Positions 27,375-37,726 of a DNA stretch of 64,000 bases are shown one piece after another. Source of the DNA: Myxococcales bacterium (GTDB lineage: Bacteria > Myxococcota_A > Polyangia > Polyangiales > Houyiibacteriaceae); NCBI GenBank assembly GCA_029861865.1, contig JAOTYL010000013.1, positions 5,995 through 69,994 of the forward strand, written 5' to 3'. How positions within the stretch are numbered: the stretch's first letter is position 1; each line of letters begins with the position of its first letter. Made by a program: the position numbers and the translations under genes. The notes beneath the pieces are model-generated. The model was not told the DNA's origin. It saw nothing but the letters and a program-made list of their open reading frames with translations, and ran no database searches.

Positions 27375-27911
27375 ATGTCCGGTCCGAGCTTCGACGAATC
27401 GATTCCCTTCAAAGGGCTTCGCATCGCTGTCATGACGATATCCGACACGCGCACCGAAGACACCGACAAGTCCGGGGCGTTCTTGGTAGAGCGCGCACTC
27501 GAGGCCGGTCACCACGTCATGGACAAGGTCATCATCCCCGATGACCGCAAGCGCATCGAAGTGCAGCTCCGTCGTTGGATCAACGAGCCGAACGTCGAGG
27601 TGGTGCTTGCCACGGGCGGTACCGGGGTGACCGGGCGCGATGTGACGCCCGAAGCGTTCGAAGCGGTGTGGGAGAAGTCGATTCCAGGTTTTGGAGAGCT
27701 CTTTCGGATGTTGAGCTACGAGCACATCGGCACTTCTGCGATCCAATCGCGCGCCGTCGCGGGTGTGGCGCGCGGCACGTACATGTTTGCGCTTCCGGGG
27801 TCGACGGGCGCATGCAAGGACGCCTGGGATGGCATCCTTCGTTACCAGCTCGACATTCGCTTCCGCCCTTGCAACTTCGCCGAGCTGATTCCGCGGCTCC
27901 AAGAGCACTAG
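27375..27911 (+). CDS. moaB: Molybdenum cofactor biosynthesis protein B (MoaB/MogA family)
   Basis: ATG at 27375 lies 1 nt after the HIT stop (the track uses TTG 27363). IAVMTISDTRTEDTDKSG, VLATGGTGVTGRDVTPEA, LPGSTGACKDAW. Confidence 0.85.
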   Translation: MSGPSFDESIPFKGLRIAVMTISDTRTEDTDKSGAFLVERALEAGHHVMDKVIIPDDRKRIEVQLRRWINEPNVEVVLATGGTGVTGRDVTPEAFEAVWEKSIPGFGELFRMLSYEHIGTSAIQSRAVAGVARGTYMFALPGSTGACKDAWDGILRYQLDIRFRPCNFAELIPRLQEH

Positions 27912-27914
27912 CCG

Positions 27915-29264
27915 CTACGGGAAGGCAACGGCGCCGGCCGGAATCGGCATGATGTTCCAGGTCATCTGCGACATCGCGATGTCCCGCCTCTTGATCACCT
28001 CGCGCTTGGGCCGGCCTCGCAGCCATACGTATCGTCGAAGCTCGCCTTGGTTGTCGGCGGCGACATAGAGCTCGTCAGTCCCGTCTCCATCGAGGTCGGT
28101 GAGAAGCGCGGCATGCTCGAAGCCACCCGAGTCGCGGTCGATGCTTTCGATGCCCCACTCGGATTTCGAGTCCTTCCCGGGCCGGAGCAGCCAAAGGCCC
28201 TTGCTGAACGAGGCGACCACCATTTCTTTCTTCCCATCTCCGTCCACATCGCCAACCGTCAAGAACCGCGAGAGCCGATCTGGAATCGAGGCGATGATGA
28301 TTTTGGCGTCGGGCAACGTGTCGGCGTCGTAGCGGCGAATCTCTACCGGCTCGATGATCTCGAGGCTAGCACCGCGTCCTTTGGTCAGCGCCTCGACGGC
28401 GACGTAGAGCTCATCGGTGCCATCGCCATCGACGTCACCTACATAGATCTCTTTCGCATGCCGGTTGCCGAGGTCTGCCACTACCGTCCGGCCTTGTTCC
28501 TTCTTTGGAACGTAGCGGACGACTTCGCCATGTTGCGCCTCCGCGTCGAGCTTGTTGGGGTCGCTCGGCGTGGCATACACCTCGAGCACTCCGTCGCCGT
28601 CGAGGTCACCGATCTCGATCTCGTGCACGAACGTGTCTTTCTTTTTGTCGATGGGCGCTACTTGCCACTTGCCGTTCGGGCGCTGACGGAGGATCGCGAC
28701 GACACCCTGGTCGTGTGTCGCCACCGCGATGTCCGGGGTTCCGTCTCCGTAGAGATCGGCTACTTCGGCGTCACGCATGCGGTTGAACTTGCCGCCGAAC
28801 TCCGCATGCCACAGGGTGATCGGCCTGAGCCTGCCCTTTGTCGGACGCCAGAGCTTCACCAACGCGCTCGAGCCGCCCAACGTTAGGATGCCCGGCGCCT
28901 GGCCCCGGGGCTCGAGCAACATCGCCTTGTGAAACACGTTGCTTTCGGGGTCTTCGATGACCTTGGTCGACCAGTTGCCTCCTGCCCGGGTGAGGATTTC
29001 CAAACGCGCCGGGCCCGGCTTCGCGGTGGCTTTGCCATCGACGACCTCGAACTGGGAGTACGCCAGGAGCAACCCGTTCGGAAGGGCGTCCGGCAGCGCT
29101 TGCGTCCTCGGAGGTTTCGCGGCCGGCTGCTCTTTGGATGTCGTGTCGGGTGAGTTGGGGGCTTGCGCCGCGGGCGCCTCGGCGGACGGTGCGTTTTCGC
29201 CCTCACAGGCCAAGAGGAAAACCACGGCCCAAAGCCCGACTCCGATTGCGGCGGTATCTCGCAT
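27915..29264 (-). CDS. FG-GAP/VCBS-repeat lipoprotein
   Basis: 449 aa. Signal LWAVVFLLACEGE. Repeated Ca-binding-like loops ADLYGDGTPD, GDLDGDGVLE, GDVDGDGTDE, GDVDGDGKKE, TDLDGDGTDE. Confidence 0.8.
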   Translation of the reverse strand: MRDTAAIGVGLWAVVFLLACEGENAPSAEAPAAQAPNSPDTTSKEQPAAKPPRTQALPDALPNGLLLAYSQFEVVDGKATAKPGPARLEILTRAGGNWSTKVIEDPESNVFHKAMLLEPRGQAPGILTLGGSSALVKLWRPTKGRLRPITLWHAEFGGKFNRMRDAEVADLYGDGTPDIAVATHDQGVVAILRQRPNGKWQVAPIDKKKDTFVHEIEIGDLDGDGVLEVYATPSDPNKLDAEAQHGEVVRYVPKKEQGRTVVADLGNRHAKEIYVGDVDGDGTDELYVAVEALTKGRGASLEIIEPVEIRRYDADTLPDAKIIIASIPDRLSRFLTVGDVDGDGKKEMVVASFSKGLWLLRPGKDSKSEWGIESIDRDSGGFEHAALLTDLDGDGTDELYVAADNQGELRRYVWLRGRPKREVIKRRDIAMSQMTWNIMPIPAGAVAFP

Positions 29265-29378
29265 GGTGCGTCGCTACCAACCACGGCCGCAGGGCGCAAC
29301 TAGGCGCCACTCGACGATGAGAGCGTCGCCAATTTGACCCTTTAGCGTGCACCGGTTACGGCAGCCGGCAGGGGATAG

Positions 29379-32321
29379 ATGCGCTCGAGTCCCAAGAAAA
29401 TGGCGTTGTTCCTGCTGAAGCTGGCCTTCTCGGTGGGCATGCTGGCTTTCATCTTCCGAAAGGTGATCCGGCGTGATGGGGCCGAGGATCTCCTCGGTCG
29501 GCTGAGCGATTTGCACTGGGGCTGGGTCGTTGCGGCGATCGGCATGCAGCTCATCGCCATCGGTTTCAGCACCGTCCGGTGGCAGCGCCTGTTAGTGGGG
29601 CAGGGGATTTTCGCGCCCTGGCGCTTCCTTGGTGGCTCGATCATGATCGCGCGGTTCTGGGGGGCCTTCACGCCGGGTGGGTTCACGGGATTTGGCGGCT
29701 GGCGCATTTACGACGTCGCTGCGCACACCGGCAAGACCGCTCGTGCCACCGCCACCATCGGCGTCGAGATGATCCTCGGGCAGCTCGCATTCGGCGTCGT
29801 CGTGATGCTCGGAAGCATCTTTGGGATGCGCTTCATCGGGACCGACGGGGTGCTCCTCGTCAATGCTTTGTTCCTCGGGATCATCGTCGTTGGCATCGTG
29901 TTCTTGGCGCAGCCCCAGCTCTTCTTGTTCTTCGCTCGCTTCGTCCCCGACGGGATCCGTGCGCGCATTCAAACTCTGATCGATGCGGTGGCGGCCTATC
30001 GCGGCAAGGCGGGGTTGCTTCTGCAGGCGGCTGCGCTCGGGGTCGGCACGCACGCGTTCAATAATCTGATCTATGTGTGCGCGGCGCGTGCGCTCGGAGT
30101 CGAGCTGAGCCTAGGCGAGGTGTTCTTTGCGTCGTCGCTGCAAATTCTTGCGACATTGATTCCGGCATCGATCAACGGCATCGGGCTCCGCGAGGCGGCA
30201 GCGGTTGCGCTCTACACATCACCTGCGGTGGGCTTACCGCTGGCGGTCGCCGTTCTGATACCGACGCTTGGCTTCGCGTGTGAGATGTTCGTCTCGGCGT
30301 TTGGGGGTGTCATCTTCCTCGTGCGAAGGTCGGGTTACGATCCCAAGATCCGCGTCGAAGATCCCGACCGCGAAAAGCTCGCCACCGAAGCGATCGAAAA
30401 AGCGCCCTCGGAGGCGTGGCCAAAGCCATTGCGCGGGCTTCGGGTGGGGCTCAGCGCGGGCATCTTTGCGGGATTGTTGATCGGGCTTGCCGAGGCGTTT
30501 GCGATTTCGTTTTCGTCGGCGGGCGCGACAGGCGCTCGGGTGTTTCTCTATGGGCCCTTTGCGTACGGCGCCTTCTGTGCGGTGTTCGGCGCGGGGCTGG
30601 GATTCGCCACGGCACTCAGCGGTCGGTGGATGAAGCGCCGTGCCCTTCCAGAGAGAGAGGCTTTCGGGTATTTTGTCGCCGCGATTTTCGGGCTCTTCGT
30701 GTTGGCGCTCGGCGCGTTTCGCATTCGACGCGACTTCTTTCATGAGGAGCTCGTTTGGAAGAGTGCGATCGGGTTGGCGGTTTTGTTTGGCTGCGCGTTC
30801 GTGGTGTCGGGGGTGAGCGCCGTCCTCGCGCGCGCTGTCCGCTCGCTCGTCCAAAGAAAACCGTTCGCGCGGCTGGTTCAAGCACCCATCGCGATCGCTT
30901 TTCTGGTGCTCGTCGGCCTCGGGCTCGTCGCCAACATCGCCATGGGCGATCGCGTTTCTCGTGCCGGAACGACCGGGGACGCATCGCCACCGACTGGCAG
31001 CGCCAACAACATCTTGTTCATCGTGGTCGACACCCTGCGAGCGGATCACTTACCTGCCTATGGCTACGCCACCGGCTCGACACCGAATCTCGATCGTTTG
31101 GCCGACGACGCGGTGCGCTTCGACCAAGCGTTCACCAATTCGAGCTGGACACGCCCGAGCTTTGCCTCGATCCTGACGGGACGACTTCCCTCGAGTCACG
31201 GGGTCATGGCCAAGAGCGACGCGCTCCCCGACTCGCTCACGACCCTGCCTGAAGCGCTCAAGCCCCAGGGCTATCGCACCGCCGGTTACGCAACCAACTT
31301 CAACGTCGCGCCCTACTTCAACTTCCAGCAAGGCTTCGACGACTACTACTACCTCGAGCCGGCGTTCGTCCTCGGTGCCGACGATGCGAGCGCAAAGCTC
31401 TTGTTGATGCAGTTCGTTCGCCAACGGATCGAGCGCTTTAGAGCGGCCAAGGGCGATGTCCTCCCCGGTACGGCGTACCAAGACGCCGAAACGGTCAATC
31501 GCGCATTGCTTGGTTGGATCGACGTTCAAGTCACGGCCCCCTGGTTTCTTTTCGTCGGGTACATGGACCCCCACGATCCGTACTTCGTGCACCCATACGA
31601 CGGAAGCGGTTACGCGCGGGCGGCACACCAAAAGCCTGATCCATCTGAGGCGCCTGCCTTGCGCACGCTTTATGACGGAGAGATCAGCTATTGGGATGCC
31701 GAGCTCGGGAAGTTACTCGATGCGCTCGAGGAGCGCGGCCTCTACGACGACCTCACGATTGTCGTCACCAGCGACCACGGGGAGGAGTTCGACGACCACG
31801 GTGGGTTCTGGCACGGGACGACCCTTTACGACGAGCAGCTACACGTCCCGCTTTTGATCAAGCTTCCGCAAAGCAAGCGTGGGGGAACGGTCGTGCGGCA
31901 CTGGGTGCAGAGCATCGACTTGATGCCTACGCTTCTCGGCCTAGTCGACGCTGCGGTGCCCGAGGGCGTGCAGGGGGGCGACGCCTTTGCGGGCACCGAT
32001 GTGATCTACGCCGAAGAGAGTCATGAAGGGAACGTGCTCGAATCGGTGCGCGAGCTGCGCGGCACCGACGAGTACAAGCTCATCACGGCCAATCCCGGCA
32101 ACCCGCGAGGCCTCCGGCCTGTCGAGCTCTACCGCGTCGACCTCGATCCAGGCGAAACCGAAAACCTCGCCGACGCCCAAACCGACGCCGTCGTCGCCAC
32201 CACCAAGACACTGGTCAAGCAGCGCGCCGTCGCCCACGAAGACGCCATCTCTGCCGACTCCGTAGAGCTAGACGAAGACGTCGCCGCCCACCTAGAAGCC
32301 ATCGGCTACATAGAGCGCTGA
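29379..32321 (+). CDS. Fusion of a flippase-like (UPF0104 / LPG-synthase TM) membrane domain, additional TM helices and a C-terminal sulfatase-like hydrolase/transferase domain
   Basis: 980 aa. N-terminus KKMALFLLKLAFSVGMLAFIFRKV...WGWVVAAIGMQLIAIGFSTVRWQRLL is typical of UPF0104. C-terminal NILFIVVDTLRADHLPAYGY, SSWTRPSFASILTG, VVTSDHGEEF. Confidence 0.8.
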   Translation: MRSSPKKMALFLLKLAFSVGMLAFIFRKVIRRDGAEDLLGRLSDLHWGWVVAAIGMQLIAIGFSTVRWQRLLVGQGIFAPWRFLGGSIMIARFWGAFTPGGFTGFGGWRIYDVAAHTGKTARATATIGVEMILGQLAFGVVVMLGSIFGMRFIGTDGVLLVNALFLGIIVVGIVFLAQPQLFLFFARFVPDGIRARIQTLIDAVAAYRGKAGLLLQAAALGVGTHAFNNLIYVCAARALGVELSLGEVFFASSLQILATLIPASINGIGLREAAAVALYTSPAVGLPLAVAVLIPTLGFACEMFVSAFGGVIFLVRRSGYDPKIRVEDPDREKLATEAIEKAPSEAWPKPLRGLRVGLSAGIFAGLLIGLAEAFAISFSSAGATGARVFLYGPFAYGAFCAVFGAGLGFATALSGRWMKRRALPEREAFGYFVAAIFGLFVLALGAFRIRRDFFHEELVWKSAIGLAVLFGCAFVVSGVSAVLARAVRSLVQRKPFARLVQAPIAIAFLVLVGLGLVANIAMGDRVSRAGTTGDASPPTGSANNILFIVVDTLRADHLPAYGYATGSTPNLDRLADDAVRFDQAFTNSSWTRPSFASILTGRLPSSHGVMAKSDALPDSLTTLPEALKPQGYRTAGYATNFNVAPYFNFQQGFDDYYYLEPAFVLGADDASAKLLLMQFVRQRIERFRAAKGDVLPGTAYQDAETVNRALLGWIDVQVTAPWFLFVGYMDPHDPYFVHPYDGSGYARAAHQKPDPSEAPALRTLYDGEISYWDAELGKLLDALEERGLYDDLTIVVTSDHGEEFDDHGGFWHGTTLYDEQLHVPLLIKLPQSKRGGTVVRHWVQSIDLMPTLLGLVDAAVPEGVQGGDAFAGTDVIYAEESHEGNVLESVRELRGTDEYKLITANPGNPRGLRPVELYRVDLDPGETENLADAQTDAVVATTKTLVKQRAVAHEDAISADSVELDEDVAAHLEAIGYIER

Positions 32322-32381
32322 GTGGCTTCGAAAAGCCGCAGCCTCCGCCGCCAACTAAGGTAGAGTGTACGTGGGTCACCT

Positions 32382-33872
32382 ATGGAGTCGCTCGCCGCCG
32401 TCGACCTCGGGTCAAACAGCTTTCACATGGTGATCGCGCGGCTCGACGGCGATGCCCTTCAAATCGTCGACCGGATCCGGGAGCCAGTGCGCCTCGCTGC
32501 GGGCCTCCAAGACGACGGCTCGCTCGACGAGGCTTCCCAGGCTCGCGCGCTCGAAGCCTTGGCTCGGTTCGGGCAGCGCCTTCGCGATTTCGGCGCCGAT
32601 CAGGTGCGCGTGGTTGGTACGAACACACTCCGAAAGGCCAAGAATTCCCGCCCATTCTTGCACGCGGCCAGCGACGCGCTCGGCCACCACATCGAGATCA
32701 TCCCCGGCCGCGAAGAGGCACGGCTCATCTATCTCGGCGTCTCGCATGGCGTTGCTGGAGCACCGGCACGTCGTCTCGTCGTCGACATCGGCGGCGGCAG
32801 CACCGAGTGCATCATCGGGGACAGCTTCGACGCCGTGGCGGTGCACAGTCTCTACATGGGATGCGTAGGGTTCACCACGCAATTCTTCGGTGACGGCAAG
32901 ATCAGCCGCAAGCGCATGAGCAACGCCAAGCTCGCGGCGAGCCTCGAGCTTCAGCCGTTGAGAGTGTCGCTCAAAACACGAGGCTGGGAAAGAGCGCTCG
33001 GCGCCTCGGGGACGATCCGCGCGGTCGCAGCGATCCTGAACGAAGCAGGTTGGGCGCACGGCACCATCACCGCTGAAGGGCTCGGCAAGCTCGAGCAAGC
33101 GATGATCACCGCGGGACGGTTGGAGCAACTCGAGCTGCCCGGCCTCGACCCCGATCGGCGCGCGGTGTTTCCAGGCGGCGTCGCAATCCTGAGCGCCGTC
33201 TTCGATCAGTTCGACATCGACGAAATGTGGATCTCGCCCACGGCGCTTCGCGAAGGGCTCATCTACGACATGGTCGGCCGCATCCACGACGAAGACCCCC
33301 GCGACCGCACCATCGCCATGCTCTTGACGCGTTACTCAATCGACCAGGCCCACGCCGATCGCGTCCAAGAAACCGCCCTTGGTCTTCTCGGTCAGGTCGC
33401 CGATAGCTGGGACTTGAAGTCTCCGGACGACGCGCATGCGCTGATCTGGGCGGCTCAGCTCCACGAGATCGGCCTCGCCGTGAACTATACCGGTCATCAC
33501 AAGCACGGGGCGTACCTGGTCGCATCCTCCGACTTGCCCGGCTTCTCGCGCGATGAGCAACTGCTCATGGCGACGCTGGTGCGCGGCCACCGCCGAAAGC
33601 TCGACAACGTGTACTTCGATGCGCTGCCCTCGGATCTTCAGCTCGATGCCAAGCGCCTCACGGTATTGTTGCGGCTATCGGTGCTCCTGAACCGCAACCG
33701 CGATCCCGAGGACGTCCCCATCCCGGAGCTCGAGGCCAAAGAGAACAACCTCCGGCTCGCCTTCGACCGAGAATGGCTCGAAGCCCATCCGCTCGTGCAT
33801 GCCGACTTGGAGCGCGAGCAGAAATCAATCAAGCCCATTGGGTTCCGGCTCGATGGCTTCGAGCTCGAGTGA
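32382..33872 (+). CDS. ppx: Exopolyphosphatase / guanosine pentaphosphate phosphohydrolase (Ppx/GppA family)
   Basis: 496 aa. AAVDLGSNSFHMVIAR, VVDIGGGSTE, and a C-terminal HD-like region (LHEIGLAVNYTGHHKHGAYL). Confidence 0.9.
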   Translation: MESLAAVDLGSNSFHMVIARLDGDALQIVDRIREPVRLAAGLQDDGSLDEASQARALEALARFGQRLRDFGADQVRVVGTNTLRKAKNSRPFLHAASDALGHHIEIIPGREEARLIYLGVSHGVAGAPARRLVVDIGGGSTECIIGDSFDAVAVHSLYMGCVGFTTQFFGDGKISRKRMSNAKLAASLELQPLRVSLKTRGWERALGASGTIRAVAAILNEAGWAHGTITAEGLGKLEQAMITAGRLEQLELPGLDPDRRAVFPGGVAILSAVFDQFDIDEMWISPTALREGLIYDMVGRIHDEDPRDRTIAMLLTRYSIDQAHADRVQETALGLLGQVADSWDLKSPDDAHALIWAAQLHEIGLAVNYTGHHKHGAYLVASSDLPGFSRDEQLLMATLVRGHRRKLDNVYFDALPSDLQLDAKRLTVLLRLSVLLNRNRDPEDVPIPELEAKENNLRLAFDREWLEAHPLVHADLEREQKSIKPIGFRLDGFELE

Positions 33873-33878
33873 TCGACC

Positions 33879-34355
33879 ATGGATTTGTTCCTCATTCGCC
33901 ATGCGATTGCAGAAGAGAGGAGGGCAGGGCTCCCCGACGCGGATCGTCAGCTCACCGACACCGGGCGCCAACGCTTCGAGCAGATGGTCGAAGGCCTCGA
34001 GCGCGGCGACATCCGTTTCGATCGCGTCTACACGAGCCCATGGGCGCGCGCGGTGCAGACCGCCGAGCTCCTCGCGCCAGTGAACGACGGCAAGCTCATC
34101 GCCACCGAGGGCTTGGCGCACTCTCCCGCCCCGGCCTTCTTCGCAAGCCTCGAAGGACAAACGATTGCCTGTGTCGGTCACGAGCCCTGGATGAGCGATA
34201 CGCTCGCGCTTCTCACGACGGGCGAGCCCGATGGCACCTGGGTCCGCTTCAAGAAGGGGGCCATCGCTTGGCTCCGCGGCGAGCCGGCCCCAGCCAGCAT
34301 GCACCTTCGAGCGCTCTGGATCTGGAAGGGACATCAAAGGATGCAATTTGCGTGA
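33879..34355 (+). CDS. sixA: Phosphohistidine phosphatase SixA
   Basis: 158 aa. MDLFLIRHAIAE (RHx catalytic motif), YTSPWARAVQTAE, VGHEPWMS. Confidence 0.8.
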   Translation: MDLFLIRHAIAEERRAGLPDADRQLTDTGRQRFEQMVEGLERGDIRFDRVYTSPWARAVQTAELLAPVNDGKLIATEGLAHSPAPAFFASLEGQTIACVGHEPWMSDTLALLTTGEPDGTWVRFKKGAIAWLRGEPAPASMHLRALWIWKGHQRMQFA

Positions 34356-34415
34356 TATCATACTTTAGGGTGAAATCTTCTCGACTGAGCGCTGAATACT
34401 TGAGATATTTGGGTT

Positions 34416-36035
34416 GTGTTGTGGCGATATTGCGCGCTGAGTATCTGCGTTTGCCTCGCAGCCTGCACCGGAAAAATAGCCCAGTCGGGCGGGGGAAACC
34501 CAGATGGCCCGCCCGCCGTGGATCCGATCCTCGCCGTCGAAAGTGGCGTGCGCCAGCTCTCCCAGGCTGAGCTCGACAACACCTTGAGCGACCTGTTGGG
34601 CGAAGACACGGCGCCTGCATCGCGTCTCCTCAACGAAGACGAGTTCCGGCCGTTCGACAACGACTACACGATTCAGCAGGCGTCGGATGCCTTGATCACC
34701 TCGCTCGAGGCCCTCGCCGAAGAGGTGGCCGAGCGCGCGGTCGCGGATGCCTCCCGTCGAAGCGCCCTTGTTCCCTGTGCGCCTACGGGCCCAGATGATG
34801 CCGGGTGCTTCCGAGAGTTCCTCGATGGCTTCTTGCCGCGTGCCCTCCGAAGGGCGGTGACCTCTGAAGACGTGAATTCGTACATGCCGCTGCTCGATTT
34901 CGCAACCGAGGACAACGCCGTCGTCAACAACGACTTCTACACTGCGGTGAAGCTCGCGGTGTCGGCCACCCTGCAGGACCCGGAGTTCCTCTATCGGGTC
35001 GAGCACGGAAGTGCGGGCAGCACGGCAGGTCTGCTCGAGCTCGACGGTTACGAGATCGCGAGTCGCATGTCGTACCTCTTGTGGGCCACGATGCCAGACG
35101 ATGCGCTCTTCGCTGCAGCTCAGGCGGGCACGCTCAACACAGCCGAGGGAAGACGGGCTGAGGCGGCCCGCATGCTCGACAACCCGCGCGCTCGGACGCA
35201 GCTTCACCGGTTTCACGCGATGTGGCTCGGCTACCGTTCGATCCCGCACACGGCCGAGTTGGTCAACGCATTCAATCGCGAGACCTCGGCGCTCATCGAC
35301 CGCGTGATCCTCGACGAGCCAGGCAGCTACCTTCGCCTCTTCACGATGGGCGAAACCTTCGTCGACGATGCCCTTGCCGACCACTACGGCCTACCTCGCC
35401 CGACCGACGGAGAAGGGTGGGTTTCCTACGACGGCACCGGCCGCGCCGGCATTCTCGGCCACGGCAGCCTTCTCGCTGCCTTCAGTAAGTTCGAGGACAC
35501 CAGCCCGACTCAACGCGGCATCTTGGTGCGCACGCGCTTCATGTGTGAAGACGTGCCGCGGCCTCCGCCCGATATCGACACCGACCAGCCGCCTCAAGGT
35601 GCGATGGATGCGGTATGTAAGTACGACCGCTACGCGGAGCACCGCGATCAGTCGAGCAGCTGCGCGGGTTGCCACAGCTTGGTCGACCCGATCGGCTTCG
35701 GCCTCGAAAACTTCGATGTAGCCGGCCGCTACCGTGAGTACGACGACGGCCTTCCGGAGTGTGTGATCGAAGGCAACGGAGAAATCGTCGGCGTCGGCGA
35801 CTTCTCGAGCCCTGCCGAGCTCTCTCAGCTTCTGGTCGACAATCAGTATGTCGATGCATGCGCCGTGCAGCAGTTCCTGACGTACGCCTGGGGCCGCCCG
35901 CCAAGCGTCTACGAAGAAGAGCTTCTTGCCGAAATGACCGGCTCGTTCCGCGACGGCGCGCATGACTTCAAGGGGTTCATGCTCGGGTTCATCGGGTCCG
36001 ACCGATTCGCCCGGCGGGTCGAGGAGAGGTTCTGA
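34416..36035 (+). CDS. DUF1587/DUF1592/DUF1588/DUF1585-family lipoprotein with a CXXCH motif
   Basis: 539 aa. Lipoprotein signal CVCLAACTG, RQLSQAELDNTLSDLLG (DUF1587-like), DPEFLYRVE (DUF1592-like), TSPTQRGILVRTRFMC (DUF1588-like), and CAGCHSLVDPIGFGLENFD (DUF1585-like, CXXCH at 35661-35675). Confidence 0.8.
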   Translation: MLWRYCALSICVCLAACTGKIAQSGGGNPDGPPAVDPILAVESGVRQLSQAELDNTLSDLLGEDTAPASRLLNEDEFRPFDNDYTIQQASDALITSLEALAEEVAERAVADASRRSALVPCAPTGPDDAGCFREFLDGFLPRALRRAVTSEDVNSYMPLLDFATEDNAVVNNDFYTAVKLAVSATLQDPEFLYRVEHGSAGSTAGLLELDGYEIASRMSYLLWATMPDDALFAAAQAGTLNTAEGRRAEAARMLDNPRARTQLHRFHAMWLGYRSIPHTAELVNAFNRETSALIDRVILDEPGSYLRLFTMGETFVDDALADHYGLPRPTDGEGWVSYDGTGRAGILGHGSLLAAFSKFEDTSPTQRGILVRTRFMCEDVPRPPPDIDTDQPPQGAMDAVCKYDRYAEHRDQSSSCAGCHSLVDPIGFGLENFDVAGRYREYDDGLPECVIEGNGEIVGVGDFSSPAELSQLLVDNQYVDACAVQQFLTYAWGRPPSVYEEELLAEMTGSFRDGAHDFKGFMLGFIGSDRFARRVEERF

Positions 36036-36036
36036 C

Positions 36037-37581
36037 ATGGCTGTGAAGATCAATCGACGAGCGGTTCTTCGCGGCATTGCCGGCGTGACGGTCGCGTTGC
36101 CCTGGCTCGAGTGCATGGCCCCAACCCGCGCCATCGCGCAGACGATCCCGCGACGCTACGCCCTCTTGTTCGCAGGCCAAGCGCTCGGCGGTGACAACTA
36201 CGCCAAGAATTCGAGCCGGGTCGACGGCCAAAACATCACCGAAGGCGGTCACTACATCGCCGACACCTCGTACGGCCGGGGCTATGCGCTCACGACCCCC
36301 CTCATGCCGCTCCAGGGGATGGAAAACGACTTCTCCATGATTTCGAACCTGGCGATTCCGTTCAACCAGAGCTCGACCGATGGGAGCGCCGTTCCTTCAG
36401 CCGGCGCTTATCGTGATTTCCATGGCGGCGGTTCGAGCCCATTGCTCTCGGGCACCCGATCGACTTCGCCATCGTACGTCTGCAACGGCATCACGTCCGA
36501 CCAGGTCATTGCCGACCTCAACGACGGACAGACCACCCACAAGTCGTTGGTGGTTCGTGCGCAGCCTAGCTTCTATGTGAGCGGTTACAGCTTTTCGGGA
36601 CGTCAGTACATCTCCTACGGCGCGGGAGGCGGAAGCGGGGCACGCATCGAAGCCCAAGCAAGCCCCGAGGTCGCCTACCGTTCGCTCTTTCAGGGCTTTG
36701 TCCCCGATGACGATGACGCGGCGGCTCGTTTCGACTTCGAGCTCCGTTCCAGGCGAAGCGTTCTCGACCTCGTCCTCGAAAAGCGCGCCAGGTTGATGAA
36801 CAACATTGGCCGGGCCGACGAGCAACGCCTCGAACGCCACTTCGACGAGATCCGCGACCTCGAAAACCGTATCAGCGCGCTGCCACCGATAGCGAGCGGC
36901 GCATGCTTCGTTCCGCCGGACCCCGGCGCCGACCCGCCGATCGGCGGTGATCACGATGGGGGCGGCAGTGGCTCGGTCACCCCAGGCTCCGGCTACAGTG
37001 ACGAGCATGCCCGGTCACGCATCTTTGCCGACTTGATCCACATGGCCTTCGTCTGCGATCTCACACGCTCGGCTTCACTCCAGATCACCGCGTTCCAATC
37101 GCACATGAACGTGCGGCCGATCGCCGACGGCCTCGGCACGCTTCCAGGCACGACCCGCCCAGCGCGTTGGGCGTCGGTCGGTGGCGACTTGCACGAAGTC
37201 GGCCACAACGGTGACCCCAACAACCGCGGTCAGATCCCATCGGCCGGTCTTCTCGGTTGGCACATCTCACACTACGCGTATTTGATCGACAAGCTTCGAA
37301 ACACACCAGAGGGCGGCGGCAACGTTCTCGACAACAGCGTCCTCGTGTTCACGGCGGAGGCCGGTCACGGTCTGCAGCTCAACGACGGTTCCTCCCAAAA
37401 CCAAACGCACTCTGTCGAGAACATGGTCATGCTGGTCGCCGGCCGCGCTGGCGGTCTCAATCCGGGCGCACACTTCGATGGTGGTCGCCAACATCCGGCG
37501 CGCGTTCTCATTCGGGCGATGCAAGCGGCGGGCTACGGCGGCAACTCCCTCGGCGACGTCACCGGCACGGTCGACTTCTAG
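36037..37581 (+). CDS. DUF1552-family protein with a Tat-type signal
   Basis: ATG 36037 lies 1 nt after the upstream stop and is preceded by GAGGAGAGG. MAVKINRRAVLRGIAGVTVALPWLE is typical of DUF1552 N-termini. Confidence 0.8.
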   Translation: MAVKINRRAVLRGIAGVTVALPWLECMAPTRAIAQTIPRRYALLFAGQALGGDNYAKNSSRVDGQNITEGGHYIADTSYGRGYALTTPLMPLQGMENDFSMISNLAIPFNQSSTDGSAVPSAGAYRDFHGGGSSPLLSGTRSTSPSYVCNGITSDQVIADLNDGQTTHKSLVVRAQPSFYVSGYSFSGRQYISYGAGGGSGARIEAQASPEVAYRSLFQGFVPDDDDAAARFDFELRSRRSVLDLVLEKRARLMNNIGRADEQRLERHFDEIRDLENRISALPPIASGACFVPPDPGADPPIGGDHDGGGSGSVTPGSGYSDEHARSRIFADLIHMAFVCDLTRSASLQITAFQSHMNVRPIADGLGTLPGTTRPARWASVGGDLHEVGHNGDPNNRGQIPSAGLLGWHISHYAYLIDKLRNTPEGGGNVLDNSVLVFTAEAGHGLQLNDGSSQNQTHSVENMVMLVAGRAGGLNPGAHFDGGRQHPARVLIRAMQAAGYGGNSLGDVTGTVDF

Positions 37582-37726
37582 GGCGCAAGCTGATCGCTTC
37601 CCGGTGAGATACCTCACAGTGTTCGTCTTTTGGTCACCCCTATAGCGGATCGAATGCGATCTATCTCCCCTTTTTGGGGGACAAAAGCAACACCAAAGGG
37701 TGAATTAAGAAATCGATGGTGCTAAC

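Noticed and set aside
34365-36134. Minus-strand ORFs 34365..35384 (339 aa) and 35391..36134 (247 aa)
   Set aside because: Both are antisense to the DUF1592-family gene, which has multiple family motifs. Neither shows any motif.
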